Under the pieces are notes generated by a model. It saw only the letters and a list, made by a program, of their open reading frames with translations. It did not search any database and had not been told where the DNA came from. Shown here in pieces: positions 51,925-64,000 of a stretch of DNA of 64,000 bases. This DNA is from Proteromonas lacertae (Eukaryota). The position numbers and the translations under genes were made by a program. The stretch is from assembly GCA_002245135.1 (NCBI GenBank), contig NGBS01001179.1:1-64000 (forward strand), in the 5' to 3' direction. How positions within the stretch are numbered: the stretch's first letter is position 1; each line of letters starts with the position of its first letter.

Positions 51925-54609
51925 TCACTCTGATACTCTTTTTAATTTTCCATCCTTATATTCCATCCACGGTCCATCAGGAGGTGTTTGTGTATATAAC
52001 TTTCTTTTAGCATCAAAATAATATTGAGTTTTTGGATTATACCACAAATTATACTTCTCATTCCAAATATAATCTCCTTTCTTCTCAGGCATCTGTTCCT
52101 TCTCAGCCATATAAGTAGTAGGTAAATCCATATCGTCAATTCTACTCGCTAATCTACTTCGAGCAGCTTCATCAAACACAGCAAAATCAGTAAATGACAT
52201 TGGTATAAATTTATAATAACATCTTGGCAATGATACTGGTACTCTTCTGTTATATTTCTTAATTACCATTATCATTTGCATCATTACACAGAATTCAGCT
52301 TCAGTAAGTCTATTGAGAGATACATCTACAACTAATTTAGCACTATTTCAAGATTATAAATATAATATATATATATATACATTTCACTTAATATTTCATG
52401 AGATAAACCACTCAATTTGAATGTAGGATATGCTTCACCTAATGTAATAGTTAAACTACCTTTACTTAATTGATAGAAATAACCTCTCCACTTATTATAA
52501 TCTTCATCATTCATTCCCCAAGGTGGTATTTGTTTGAATAAATCAGGATCAGTTGGATTAAATGATGTTAAAGGAGCTGTAGGTTCATCTTCACCAAAAT
52601 CAATATTGGAGAAATCAAAATCATCTGATGTTGTATTTGTATTAGCTGTATTATTGCCAAACGTGTTTGAATCACCTGTAGTGGATGGGAAAGGACTATT
52701 ACCAAATGGTGTGTCACTAAATCCACCAGTATTATCATTACTACTATCACCAAAACCTGGAAATGGTTCAACTTCAGGAAAAGCATTAAATTCAGATGAA
52801 TTATTATTATTATTAGAACCAAATAAATCATTAATTACTTGTGAATCAGATTTTTGCATTTTTACTGTTGCTGAATTTGATTTTTTACTCTTTACACTTC
52901 CAAAACCAACACTATTGTTATTGCTATTCATAGATTTCAAGAAATCTTCTGCTGGATTAAATGATAATTGTTGTTGTTGTTGTGACTCTCTGTCAGTATT
53001 AATAATCTCACCTTCTCCAATAACAGTGTATAATGCCTTAACAACACATAATTGTTTCTCATTTAAATGAATATGAGGATTTGAAATAACACTTTCAATT
53101 TTTTCTCTTGTCTTTTGTATTCTTCGTAATTGAGTAATTGGTTGATGTGGCGGATTATAAGGTTTCCATTCCTGTGGTAAAACAGCTCTTCTTGCTCGAA
53201 CTAATGAAGCCATTGGTCCTAATGGAGCAGTATCTGTTGTCTTATGTTCTAACAAAATACCAAAAGTTCTTTTTGCTGAAAATACTCGACATAATGTAAT
53301 AATGGATTGACAACTAAATGGATCATTTGCTGAAAACTCAAAATTCCTTCCATTGATTAATACAGCAAAAGTGCAATCAGATTGTTGAGTTTTAAATACA
53401 TGACTCTGTTGACCATGAAATTCCTTAATCATTGTTTGGCCTCCTTTTCTTATTTTTATCTTCTCTTTATTAATTAATATTTGTAAATAAGCTTGTTTAC
53501 CTCCTTTACTCATATCTATAGCGGTTAAACCACTAATATGTGTTATGGGATAAGTGATATGTTTTCCTTTTCTTAATAATGGTGTTAATACCTCTTCAAA
53601 ATCCTTACCATTCAAAGGAGTAGTTTCTGCTACTAAATATTCACTTCCATATCGTATTCTTAATTGTATTCTACATCCTATATCATCTATTGACGTGTAA
53701 TATTCTTTACCATTTCCTACTAATTCTACGCATTCACTTACTCTAAGCCATTCTAAATTGCATGTGTCTAAAATAGACATTTTCTTCTTTCCTATTATTA
53801 CAACACCATCTGCATATAACTATTAATAAATACAATAATAATAATAATATATACAGTACTTCCTACTTCAAATTTTCCATCAATTGTACAATCTCTTAGT
53901 TGTACTTTTCCAGCATAAACCGTAGGTAAATTAGTATTAACAAATATTTGATCTCTTATATCTTCAATACAGTTTGCACAATCAGATAAAAAATTAATTA
54001 ATTCTGTTACATTAGCTGGATCTGGTTTCTTACCCTTAACTTTTGAAAGAGATTTTGTCAATTCTTCATCATTCTCATCTTTCTCACCCATATCTTCATC
54101 TTCATCATTATTCTTCTTATTAATAGTATTATTAACACGTAATCCTTTTTTACTATCCTTTTTTGAAGATTGTGATAATTGTGGAGCTTGGTTGTTACTA
54201 TTGAATAAAGGTTCTGGTTTTTTATTTGGTTTAGGTGATAATACCTTTTTAGAGGGTGTAGCAAAAATTCCTTCAAAATCTTCTTCATCACTGTCATTAT
54301 CTTGACTTGGCATAGGTAATGGAGGTGCTTTCTTTGGTTTAGTAGTTTGAGGAGGTGGTGGAGGTGGTACAGCCACTTTTTCATTCATCATTGATGGTGG
54401 AATAGCGTCATCTTCTTCATCTGGTTCTGACTCATCTTCGTTTCCTCCTAATATTTCTAGAGTTACATATTTTCCTAATGGCTCAAATTTTTCTCTTAAC
54501 TTATCCGCCATAACCTTTTTCCTTACATCACACCTACACAAAAATAAATGGCAGTTAAAAATACTCTATTATAAGACATCCTTTTTTGTTTTTCTTGGGC
54601 ACACCCCAT
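51925..54609 (-). CDS. Endocytic-adaptor-like protein: MGC N-terminus, Ig/PH-like middle, EH domain, C-terminal OCRE-like region
   Basis: Start MGCAQEK. YYTSIDDIGCRIQL (AIR9/SCAB-type Ig-like). WGMNDEDYNKWRGYF...FKLSGLSHEILSE...EFCVMM (EH). YIWNEKYNLWYNPKTQYYFDAKRKLY (OCRE-like). Confidence 0.7.
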
Positions 54610-54870
54610 TTCACTCCTAATTGAATTATATGCAAATTATATACCATCGATTTCAATACTTGTAATCTTCTGACTTATGGCTTTAATATCAGCTTCGTCA
54701 GGAAGTTTTATTTTAAATTTGCATTGCACTAATGATTAGAATAAACACAATATATACAAGGCATATTGAGAAAATTTAAATTTTTAGAAGTTTAAGTTTG
54801 ATAATGTCAAGCTTTTGACGAACCAAGCTTGTTGTCGTTTCAAACAAATAATATATGATGATATATTGAG

Positions 54871-55272
54871 ATGGGTTGCAAACATTGTATGATTTATTTC
54901 CTTATAAAATTAGCTAAATCTGCTGTTAAACCTGTCCTAAAAGAGGATGATACTAATAAACTGAAAGTAGCTAAAACTAAGTATCAAGCTTCTCCAGAAG
55001 AATATAAAAATAACAACAGACAACTGAATGACACAAAACTACCTTCTTCTCCTCAATCTAAAACAGGAGTATTATTCTAGTTTGTGTAGTTATTTCTATA
55101 GGGTAAAATAACAGCTGAAGAAATGGCAAATAAAATGCATGATAGTTTACCAGATGGTATAAAATGTAATATTATTTTCCTTTTAGAACTGGCTAATATA
55201 TCTAATAAATTAAGAAAAGACTCTACTCAAGCGAAATCTACTATTGTGTTAGTAAAGCCTGTAGTATATTGA
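54871..55272 (+). CDS. Small hypothetical protein with an MGC N-terminus (multi-exon)
   Basis: ATG GGT TGC start, micro-introns, TGA at 55270-55272. Confidence 0.4.
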
Positions 55273-55481
55273 AGTTCAATTATTTAATTATTGAGCTTTT
55301 ATCGGATAATAAAATATACATTGTGATATATTTAAATATAGTCATTAAATTAAATTTACACTAATATCTTTTCTAAGTATATGTTTTTTTGCGTTTTTGT
55401 GATTGAAATTTAAGAATAAACACATTAAAAATAAAAAGTCAATAAATAATAATTATTATTATCTAAAATTCTAAATTCTAT

Positions 55482-56941
55482 TTATTTATAGAACATTTGA
55501 AATCCACCTGTTCTAACTCCAATTTCAACACCTATTGGTGAATTTCCTCTAGGTGAAGATATACCCATAGGTACAAACAAAGTAGGTTTTAATGCCTTAC
55601 CAATTGTAATAGTAGGAGCTGCTTTACTTGATTTCCTACTTAATGGCTTATTGAGTGTTGGTTTGTTTATTTTAATTTCTTTTATTTGTTCAGGTGATTT
55701 TGCTCTACTTGGATCATCAATTAATTGTGACTTTTTATAAGTACAAACTGACTGTCTCATTGAAGTTCTTCTAGTTGCATAACTTGTGCTTATCATCACT
55801 GGAGGTGGTGGTGGTTGAATTGTACGATGTGATCTTGCATACTATTCAAAAAATAACTTATAAATAATACTATCTCAAAAGGATTATCTTTCATAGTTTC
55901 ATCATCAACATGAAATATTTTGTCTTTCGTAAAACTACTATACAAAGGCAATATATCAATAGGATTCATTATTTTCTCATAACCGTTTTCATCTAACGAA
56001 TCTGGATCTATCTCAGGTGTTGAATATTTTATTATTAAATCAGTATATCTATGTGTATGAAATTCTTTATATGGTCCAGGATGTTGTTGCATACCATTTT
56101 GAGTGACTTTTCCTGACACTTTATATTTTCGATGTTTCTTTTGTATTCTCTCTTCAGATGGTAGTTTATATTCTCTAGTTGGATCACTATCAATAAGTGG
56201 ATTGACTTTTTTCCTAAATGATATTTGTTGCTCAAATTCTGGTTCTTGATTATTATTATTATTATTATTTTCATCGTATTTAAATCTTTTCTTACACCAT
56301 AATTCATTAGATTGCTCATAATGTGATAATGGTGGTCTACATTCAATTCTATTCATTTTTTCATTACAAAATTCATGTTCATCTTTTCTTCTCTTTTCGA
56401 ATAGTTTAGTCTGAGTTATACTTTGTTTCTCTTTTTCTACATCAAGTGCTGTTGTTTGAAGATGCTCTATTGGATTTGGTGTGTATGTAAAACCACCCCA
56501 TGAGTGTTTTGGAGGAGGTGGATAAGATTCTAATTCAACTATATTTCTTTGATGTCTTTCTTCTTTTAATTGTGATCTTATATTTGTCTGAGGTTTTTCG
56601 TGAGTATTAATAAATACATTTTGTGGTTCTGCTGTTAATCCACCCTATATAAATAACAAATGTGATTAATTCGATTATACTAATTCTCTAACAGCTATTT
56701 TCTTTTCGTGCTCAATTTCTGTATATGTTCTATGTCTAGGATTTTCCACAAAACCATTTGTGTCTATAATTACTCTTGCAGATTGAATTGGCTTACACCA
56801 TTTCTTGCATTCTTCTAAATGTTGTCTTTTTCGTTCTTTTAGAAACTCTGTTCTTGTCCTACATGTCCTTGGTGGTGTTTGAACGGTAATAGTATCCAGA
56901 GGTATACTTGGTACAGCAGATTTTGATCGAATAGGAGACAT
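55482..56941 (-). CDS. Hypothetical basic/proline-rich protein (multi-exon)
   Basis: ORFs 56675-56992, 55796-56356 and 55482-55799 are linked by micro-introns. Confidence 0.55.
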
Positions 56942-57063
56942 AACTATCACTATATAAATCATTATCATATACTCATATCCATCCTTAATCACATCAAAAA
57001 TGGATGAATAAAAAAATAACAGTCAAACTTTAGTTTGTATTTTTTGGTCAATTCATATCACAT

Positions 57064-57611
57064 ATGAAGATTTTGTTTTTCTTAATCCTCTACTTGTGTG
57101 CTTTCTCTTATGCTCAAGAGTATTAATTATTATGATGTAATACGTCTTAGAAAATGTCCTATCACTCAATTAACAGATGATTCAGCAAGACTACTTACTA
57201 CTGAAGATGCACCATGGTTAATTTTGTTGTATATTTATGATATAGCATAATTAAAATAGTTATTTACCAACTTGTCCATATTATCAAGAATTTGCTCCTC
57301 AATACCAAAATGTGACAGATTATCTTTGTGGTGAAGTAAATGTTGGTCAAATTGATGTTTCACAATATAAAGGATTTGCTGAAGAAATAAATGTCAAAAC
57401 TGTTCCTACTTTAGTTTTGTTAAGAGATAATGAAAAATATGTTTATAATGGAGAGTATTTATATACTTTGTGATTATAATTTTATAGAAGAACTGTAAAT
57501 GAAGTTACTTACTTTGCAAGAGAAGGATATAAGCAAGATCAACCAAATAGTTCTTCAGTTTATATAATTTCAACATTATTATTGTTGTTGATTCTTTCAA
57601 TAGTAATATAA
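57064..57611 (+). CDS. Secretory thioredoxin-fold protein with a C-terminal TM (TMX-like, no intact CxxC seen)
   Basis: Signal peptide MKILFFLILYLCAFSYA, VGQIDVSQYKGFAEEINVKTVPTLVLL...YNGE-RT, hydrophobic C-terminus. Confidence 0.6.
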
Positions 57612-57709
57612 TTAGTTAAAATAAGTAATTAATAATTAATATTGTTGTATTTTTCCTATTTCCTATTTCACAAAACAACATAATGAATATAAATAAGAAT
57701 TTTTATTTT

Positions 57710-60096
57710 TTAACTTACTGTATAGAGTTTATTACACAGTAAATATGAATAATCAGGTAAATTCTTCAAAAATTCTATTCCAGCAGGAGATATTTTATGT
57801 TGAACATTACTTCGTTTTGGTTTTGCTTCGCTTGGTGGCGGAGGTGGTGGTGGTGTTGAAGAAGAGGAAGATGAAACAGGAGGAGGTGGAGCAAAACCTG
57901 GAACAGGTTTATCTTTATGTGTTTCTTTCTTTGGTTGATCAAAAACTGATTCAGGTAATTCATCTTCATCACTATCACTTTCATTCTAATGAAATATATT
58001 ATCAAATATATTAATATATATACAAAAACAAAACTTCTTTTTCTCTCTTCTTTCTGTTTATTTGTTACATTTTGTTGTGATTGTTGCTGTTCCTGATGTT
58101 GTAATGTTGGTTTTGCAGAAACAGGTGGTGGTGGAGGTGGAAGTGGTTTAACTTCGAATTCTTCAGGTAAACATTCTAAAAATTCTTTCTTCTTTGATCT
58201 ATCAATGTTGTTAGGTTTGGATATAAATTCTATTGCATTTTTCAATGATTTGGCTTTTAATTTATCAACTGATATTTGATAGTTCTGTGTAATATTATAA
58301 GTTTCTGTTAAACCTATTTAATATATGATAATATACATATATATATTTATATACTTGATTTATTTTCTTTATCACTTTCTATTAGTGCTTTACTATTTTT
58401 AAATAATGCTGGAGGTAAAAGTGAAGATATTTTTATATCATTATTATTTTCTGGAATTTCTATTTCTTTATGATTAATAAATATATTAATAAATGCTTCA
58501 TTTTGAGGTTTATTCTTGTCAGTAGATCTATTATCATTTATGCAATTTATATATTATATTATATACTTTGATATTAATTGATCTAATGGTTGAATATCAT
58601 TCTGCTGTGTTGATATATCTGTTAAATATGGAAATATCTGTAATATGGTTGGTATTATGTGTGGTTTGATCGAAGTTTGTGGTGTTTTTTCTTCTTCTAC
58701 TTCTTCTTGAACTGTTACTTCTTCAAAATCACCAAAATCTTCATCATCTACATCATCATCTCCTTCAGATGGTTTTGTATATGTTTCACTAGGTTTTGAT
58801 TCTTCGAGTTTTACTTCCTTTTCAATTGGTTTACATTCTTCTTCTTCTTTTTCAGTTGGTTTGATTTCTTCAGTTGTTTTTGGTTCTTCTGATTTTATTT
58901 CCTCCTCAACTGGTTTAGATTCTTCTGCTTCTTCTGTTACTAATACTTCTTTAAATTCACCAAAATCTTCATCTTCATCTTTATCACCTTCAATAGGTTT
59001 TGATTCTTCATTTGGTTTAGTTGTTTCTTCATGTTTTATTTCATTTTCAATTGGCTTAGATTCATCTGATGATTGATCTTCTTTTTCAGTTGGTTTTACA
59101 ATTTCTGCTGGTAATATCGATGTTTTATCTTCTGGTTCTTCTTCTACTGATTTTACTTCTTCTTCAACTACTTTAGATTCATCTTCTTTAGGTTTTTCTT
59201 CTTCTTCTAATGGTTTAACTTCCTCCTGAACTGTTTTAGATTCTTCTTCTTCTTTTTCCTCTGTTACTTCTTTATATTCACCAACATCTTCATCATTTTG
59301 TTTTACTTCTTCATCTGGCTTAAATTCATCATCATTTTGTCTTTCTTCTTCTTCTACATGCTTTGGTTCTTTAGTTGGTTTTTCTTCTTCTTCATCAATA
59401 GCCTTTACTTTAGTTTGTTTTACTTCTTCTTCTACAGGTTTTGCTTCTTCCGTTAGTTTTATATTTTCTTGCTTCATTTCTTTACTATCATCTAAATTCA
59501 ATAATGATTCTATTGTTTCATTAGAATCTTCTGTACTTATAACTTTCTTAACTATTTCATCTTCAGATTTATGATTTTTATCTTCTATCACTTCAGCATT
59601 TATCAATTTCTCAATATCATCTTCTGTTGTGTCATCAAGTGAAGATTCTTCTTGTTTATTAACCGAATCATCGTTATTTGGTTTTATATCTGTTGTTTTT
59701 TCCTTTTCTTCACCAATATCTGACTTGGCTGCTTCAAAATCAAAGAAATCATCTTCATCTGAGTCACTTTCTTTATTTGTTTTTACTACTACATTAGCTT
59801 TTGCAGTTTCTATTTCAGGAGTTGGAGTTTCAATTTTTGCTGGAGGTACAGATTGAAATTCAAAGAAATCAGAATCAGAATCAGAATCTGATTCTTTTGA
59901 TGCAATATTAGATGCAACTACTTGAACTTCTGCTTTTTGATTTTCACTACCAGTTTTTTCAGTTTGTTTATTGTCTTCTTCTTTTGATGAACCTAAACGG
60001 TTATAATATCAACAATTTCATACTTGGTTGACTTTCTTCTCTCTTCTCGAAAAAATCATCTAAATCAGAATCACTAGATTGCTCAGCATTACTCAT
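57710..60096 (-). CDS. Aftiphilin-like acidic clathrin-adaptor accessory protein
   Basis: Repeated DFGEF/DFGDF/DFFEF/DFFDF motifs in an acidic disordered region. C-terminal FLKNLPDYSYLL resembles the aftiphilin LPDLSFM motif. Confidence 0.55.
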
Positions 60097-60282
60097 ATTC
60101 TAAAAAAAGATTATCAAACCTATCAAATCTCTATCCTGTAATTTACATGTATTTATGTAATTATTCTTAAAAATCACACTTTCATTATTTTCAATCAAAT
60201 ATATATTGTATAAATAACATAAACACAATATATAAACGAATTAACTAATTATAATAAAAATAAAAAGGATTTTCTATCTTAT

Positions 60283-63200
60283 TCACTCATTCTCACCTTC
60301 CTTTCTTTTTTTCTTACTTTTCTCACCTGTTAAATAATTCATATATTTATTCAATCTCTTATTCAATGAAGATAAACTCATCAATTCTTCATCATTTTCT
60401 TTATTCTTCTTTTCTTTATCATTCTCTTTTTCTCTTTCACCTTCTCCCATTTCTTCATCTCTATTTCTCAATTGACACTTTATATTGAATAATTCTTCAC
60501 CACATAAAGCCATGTATTCAGCATAACATCTAATAAACTCCTTATCTGTGTCATCACATAATGTTTTTACTCCTGCTTTAATATGAGCCAAACAATGTAA
60601 TAATATCACTATATATTCACCTATATTCTGTAATCTTTCTTTTCTTATATATAACACTCTTGTAGTTGGATTATATGAAAATGAATTCCTAAATGCATTT
60701 CTTACAAATTTGTTATTACTTAATCTCTTTGCTGGTTTTATTGTCACTGAATTGACTATATCACATAATTCTAATAGCTTATTACCATATGTAAATCTTA
60801 TATATTCTCTATAATCTAAATCTTCAATCTTTACTTCTTCATTCTTACCTTCATTCTTATATTTCATATCACTTGGATCAATAAAAGTGATTTGTTTCCC
60901 CTTTTTATCACTACTATTCATATTTGATATTGATGGTGGATGTGTAATTAATTCCTGCAATTCATCTTCAATATTCTTTACTCTTTCATATAAACTCTTT
61001 GGTTTATTCTTTTGCTTATTATCATTTTCTTCATTATCTTCATCCATCACTGAATTATCTGCATTTATTAAACTTTCTTCTTCATTCAAATCATCATTTA
61101 CTGCTTTAGAACCATTTAATTGTCCTTTTCTTAATGCTCTTCTTTCTTCAGGAGTTAAATCATCATTTGGATTGTCATTATTCTCATTATTTTCAATCTT
61201 AACACTTGAATTAATCTTTACCATTTCTTCTTCTAATCTCTTCTTCTCCAATTCTGCTTCTAATTTCTCTCTTTCTTCCATTTCTTTCAATTCATTCAAT
61301 GCCTTTAATTTCTTCTCTTCTTCTTCAGCTAATTGTTTCTGTAATTCTTCTTCTTTCTTCTTTCTTCTCTTTTCCATTCTTTCTTGTTTCTTTTTATTCA
61401 ATAATTCAAATTGTTGTGTCTTTATATTTTCTTCAATTTCTCTTCTAGCTTTAGTATCTTCTTCGTATTGTTTTATAATTTTGGCTTTTTCTGCTTCTGT
61501 TAAGTCTTTTCTTTGTCTTATTTTCTCTTTTTCTATTCTATCTCTTTCTTCTTCTTCTTTCATTCGAAGCAAACGAGCTTCTTCTTGTTGTTTTCTCTTA
61601 TTGATTAATTCTTCTTCTTCTTTTGCTAATTTTTCCATTTCTTCCTCATTCTTTCTTCTTAATTCTTCTATTCTTCTCTGGTTCTCTTCTTCTATTGCTT
61701 TTCTCTTTTCTTCTTTTTCTGCTGCTATTCTGGCTTGATATTCCTCAAACTGTTTGGCATTTTCTTCCATTTCTCTCTTAATTACATTCTCAGATGCTAA
61801 TTCTTTATAAGTTTCTTCCCTTTCTTTTAATTGTTTCATTCTCAATTCTCTCTTTTCTTCTTCATGTCTCTTCTTCACATCAATCAAACATGTTTGCTGA
61901 ATCATTTCTTCTTCTTCCAAATATCTCTTATCTAATTCTGCCAATTGTCTTTCTTGATCACTAATTGCTATATTCATTCTCTTCATATCACTTAATAACT
62001 TCAACCTTTCTTCATTCTTATTCTGATACAATTCCTCTAAAGCCAATTTCAATACTAAACCACTTTCATTATATTGTCTTGCTAATAAATCTTCAAATTC
62101 TCCCAAGTGTCTTTCCTGTAAAACAGCATCAATTGCAGCACCAACTTCTTCATCACCATTTACTTTCTTATCTTGAATTCTCTTTCTGATAGCTTCTCTT
62201 TCTCTTTCTAATCTCTTAGGTAATGAGACTAATTCATCTTCTTTTTCCATTTCTTTTTTCTTCTTTTCTAATTCTAATTCTTGTTTTAATTTCAATCTCT
62301 TTTCTCTTTGAGCTTTCTTTAATGCAATTTGTGCTTCTAATTTGGATTTTTGTCTTGATTTTTCTTCTTCCATCTTCTGGTTATAATTCTTCATGTTTTC
62401 TTCATATTCTTTCTTTATTCTATCGATTTCTTCTTGTGAAGCGTTTTCATTGGTTAAATCATTGATTTTATCTTCATATAATTTCCTCTTCTTCATCATC
62501 TCATTCTTTGCTTCTTCTGCTCTTCTCTCCAATTCTTCTTGTGCTTTCTTCTTTTCTTCTTCTTCCAATCTTTCTAATTCTTTTCTATTTGCTTCTTCAA
62601 TTTCTAATTTCATTTTCTCTTCTTCAGCTTTATGTTTCATTTGTAATTCTTTTTCTTCTAATGATAATTGGCCAACTTCATCTTTGATTGATCTTGTTAT
62701 ATCTTCTTCCCACCACCAATCAGTATTCTCAGATTCTAACCTCTTCTGTAAGTCAATTGCTTCTTTCTTATGTTGTTCTTTCTGTTGAGTTATTTCTTCA
62801 TTTTGATTCTCTTTCAATAACTGTTCTTTCTTTTCTCTTCTCTTTCTTAATCTTTCTTCTAATAAGTCTTTCTGTCTCTTCTTTTCTGTATCTAATGCTG
62901 ATTTTATATTATCATAATTCTTTAAATGTTCTTCTTTTATCTTTTTCAATTCTTTACTATAATCTGTCTCACTGTCTAATTCATATTTCATTTTCTTAAT
63001 CTTCAATTTATGTTCTATTTCATTTCTTCTTTCATTTTCTTCTCTTTCTAACCTTAATTTTAACTCTAATTTCTCATTTTCTTGTCTTTCTATTATCTCC
63101 TGTTTTTCATCTTCATCTTTTACATTGTCTAATTCATGCTCTTGCTTTTCTTCAAGTTCTTTTGTTTGTCTTTCTTTTTCTTCTCTCAATTCATTCTCCA

Positions 63201-64000
63201 ATTCTTCCATTTCTTTCTCAGCTTCTTTATCATATTCATTCTTCAATTCTTCTAAATGTTTCTTATGCTTTTCTTCTAATTCTTTCATCTCTTTATTCAC
63301 TTCATTTTCATATTCTTCTATCTCTTTAGATATATTCTCATCATTCTTCAATTTGCTAATAACTTCACTATCAATTTCTTTTTCTTCTTCTACTTTATTA
63401 TTAACTTCCATCATTTCTAATTGATGTTGATGTTCTAACTCTAATAATTCCTTTTCTTTCTTCTGTTTTTCAATTAACAACAACTCTTTAGCTTCATCTT
63501 CATGTTTCTTAGCTAATCTTTCTTGTATCTTTCTTCTCTTTTCTTCTAATTTTTTCTTCATTTCTTGTTCTTGTTTCTTCTTTTCTTCTTCTAATGCTTT
63601 ATTCATTCTTTCTTTATCAGCTTTCATTTCATCATATAATCTTTGTTTTTCTTCTTCACTTATCTCTACATCATCTTCTTCACCCAACATTGCTTTAAAC
63701 ATTTTCTTCTTCATTTCTTCATCTTCTTCTTTATTATCCTTCAATAATTCACTCTCTTTTTCTTTCATCTTATCCTGTAGTTGATTAATAGCTTTGTTTT
63801 CTTGATCAGCTATTTGTAATTTGGTTTGTTCTTTCTCTTGTTGCTGTTGATCAATTATTGTCTCTAAATCTTCTGGTTCATCTTCTTCTATCACTGTTAA
63901 TTTAGATTTTGACTTTAATAATTTCTTCATTCTCTTTTCTTCTTCATTTTTTTCTTCTTCTTCTTCCTCTTCAATTGCTTCTTCAATTGTTTCTTCATCT
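60283..64000 (-). CDS. C-terminal part of a very large E/K-rich coiled-coil protein (5' part outside the window)
   Basis: Open frame of more than 1200 aa running off the window end. Globular C-terminal segment NAFRNSFSYNPTTRVLYIRKERLQNIGEYIVILLHCLAHI. Confidence 0.8.
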   Translation of the reverse strand, partial: DEETIEEAIEEEEEEEKNEEEKRMKKLLKSKSKLTVIEEDEPEDLETIIDQQQQEKEQTKLQIADQENKAINQLQDKMKEKESELLKDNKEEDEEMKKKMFKAMLGEEDDVEISEEEKQRLYDEMKADKERMNKALEEEKKKQEQEMKKKLEEKRRKIQERLAKKHEDEAKELLLIEKQKKEKELLELEHQHQLEMMEVNNKVEEEKEIDSEVISKLKNDENISKEIEEYENEVNKEMKELEEKHKKHLEELKNEYDKEAEKEMEELENELREEKERQTKELEEKQEHELDNVKDEDEKQEIIERQENEKLELKLRLEREENERRNEIEHKLKIKKMKYELDSETDYSKELKKIKEEHLKNYDNIKSALDTEKKRQKDLLEERLRKRREKKEQLLKENQNEEITQQKEQHKKEAIDLQKRLESENTDWWWEEDITRSIKDEVGQLSLEEKELQMKHKAEEEKMKLEIEEANRKELERLEEEEKKKAQEELERRAEEAKNEMMKKRKLYEDKINDLTNENASQEEIDRIKKEYEENMKNYNQKMEEEKSRQKSKLEAQIALKKAQREKRLKLKQELELEKKKKEMEKEDELVSLPKRLEREREAIRKRIQDKKVNGDEEVGAAIDAVLQERHLGEFEDLLARQYNESGLVLKLALEELYQNKNEERLKLLSDMKRMNIAISDQERQLAELDKRYLEEEEMIQQTCLIDVKKRHEEEKRELRMKQLKEREETYKELASENVIKREMEENAKQFEEYQARIAAEKEEKRKAIEEENQRRIEELRRKNEEEMEKLAKEEEELINKRKQQEEARLLRMKEEEERDRIEKEKIRQRKDLTEAEKAKIIKQYEEDTKARREIEENIKTQQFELLNKKKQERMEKRRKKKEEELQKQLAEEEEKKLKALNELKEMEEREKLEAELEKKRLEEEMVKINSSVKIENNENNDNPNDDLTPEERRALRKGQLNGSKAVNDDLNEEESLINADNSVMDEDNEENDNKQKNKPKSLYERVKNIEDELQELITHPPSISNMNSSDKKGKQITFIDPSDMKYKNEGKNEEVKIEDLDYREYIRFTYGNKLLELCDIVNSVTIKPAKRLSNNKFVRNAFRNSFSYNPTTRVLYIRKERLQNIGEYIVILLHCLAHIKAGVKTLCDDTDKEFIRCYAEYMALCGEELFNIKCQLRNRDEEMGEGEREKENDKEKKNKENDEELMSLSSLNKRLNKYMNYLTGEKSKKKRKEGENE

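Noticed and set aside
60887..63424. Long plus-strand F/S/L-rich ORFs (also 8189-8710, 37433-37834, 52534-53070 and similar)
   Set aside because: They are antisense shadows of E/K-rich or otherwise real minus-strand coding sequence.
1..64000. Blastocystis-type stop codons created by polyadenylation (TGTTTGTT downstream motif)
   Set aside because: The genes I could trace end in genomic stop codons and only loose GT-rich tracts follow. This cannot be supported without polyA-site data.
1..64000. tRNA/rRNA genes
   Set aside because: No GC-richer cloverleaf- or rRNA-like segment was seen. The only CpG-rich patches are the hAT ends.

Overview
Very AT-rich, gene-dense eukaryotic (protist) DNA. It uses the standard code and has many tiny GT-AG introns (about 26-42 nt), so the six-frame ORFs are mostly exon fragments. 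Flagellar CFAP99, a mitoribosomal bL21 with a presequence and a BTB-putative-Ig protein fit a flagellated protist such as a Proteromonas/Blastocystis relative; this is inference and cannot be proved from the window. The first ~16 kb is a rearranged accessory zone containing segmental duplications, orphan gene fragments, a 991-bp non-autonomous hAT transposon with TIRs and an 8-bp TSD, a broken agmatine deiminase and a CENP-B/Tc5-type HTH protein. The most striking system is a dispersed paralog family of N-terminal pseudokinase + RI-like LRR genes: 3 full copies, 1 LRR-only copy and 1 kinase fragment. Their LRR regions are built from symmetric phase-1 exons all cut at the same LRR residue. Other notable genes are a LivJ/PBP1-type ectodomain-multi-TM-RGS receptor and an ornithine-decarboxylase-like pseudoenzyme. 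The rest is housekeeping or cytoskeletal (NOT4, PUS1, FAD synthetase, ankyrin-WW-RING, EH-domain, aftiphilin-like and coiled-coil proteins). Several conserved genes have single-base frameshifts, often in homopolymers, which probably reflect assembly indels. Gene boundaries were called by eye and are approximate.
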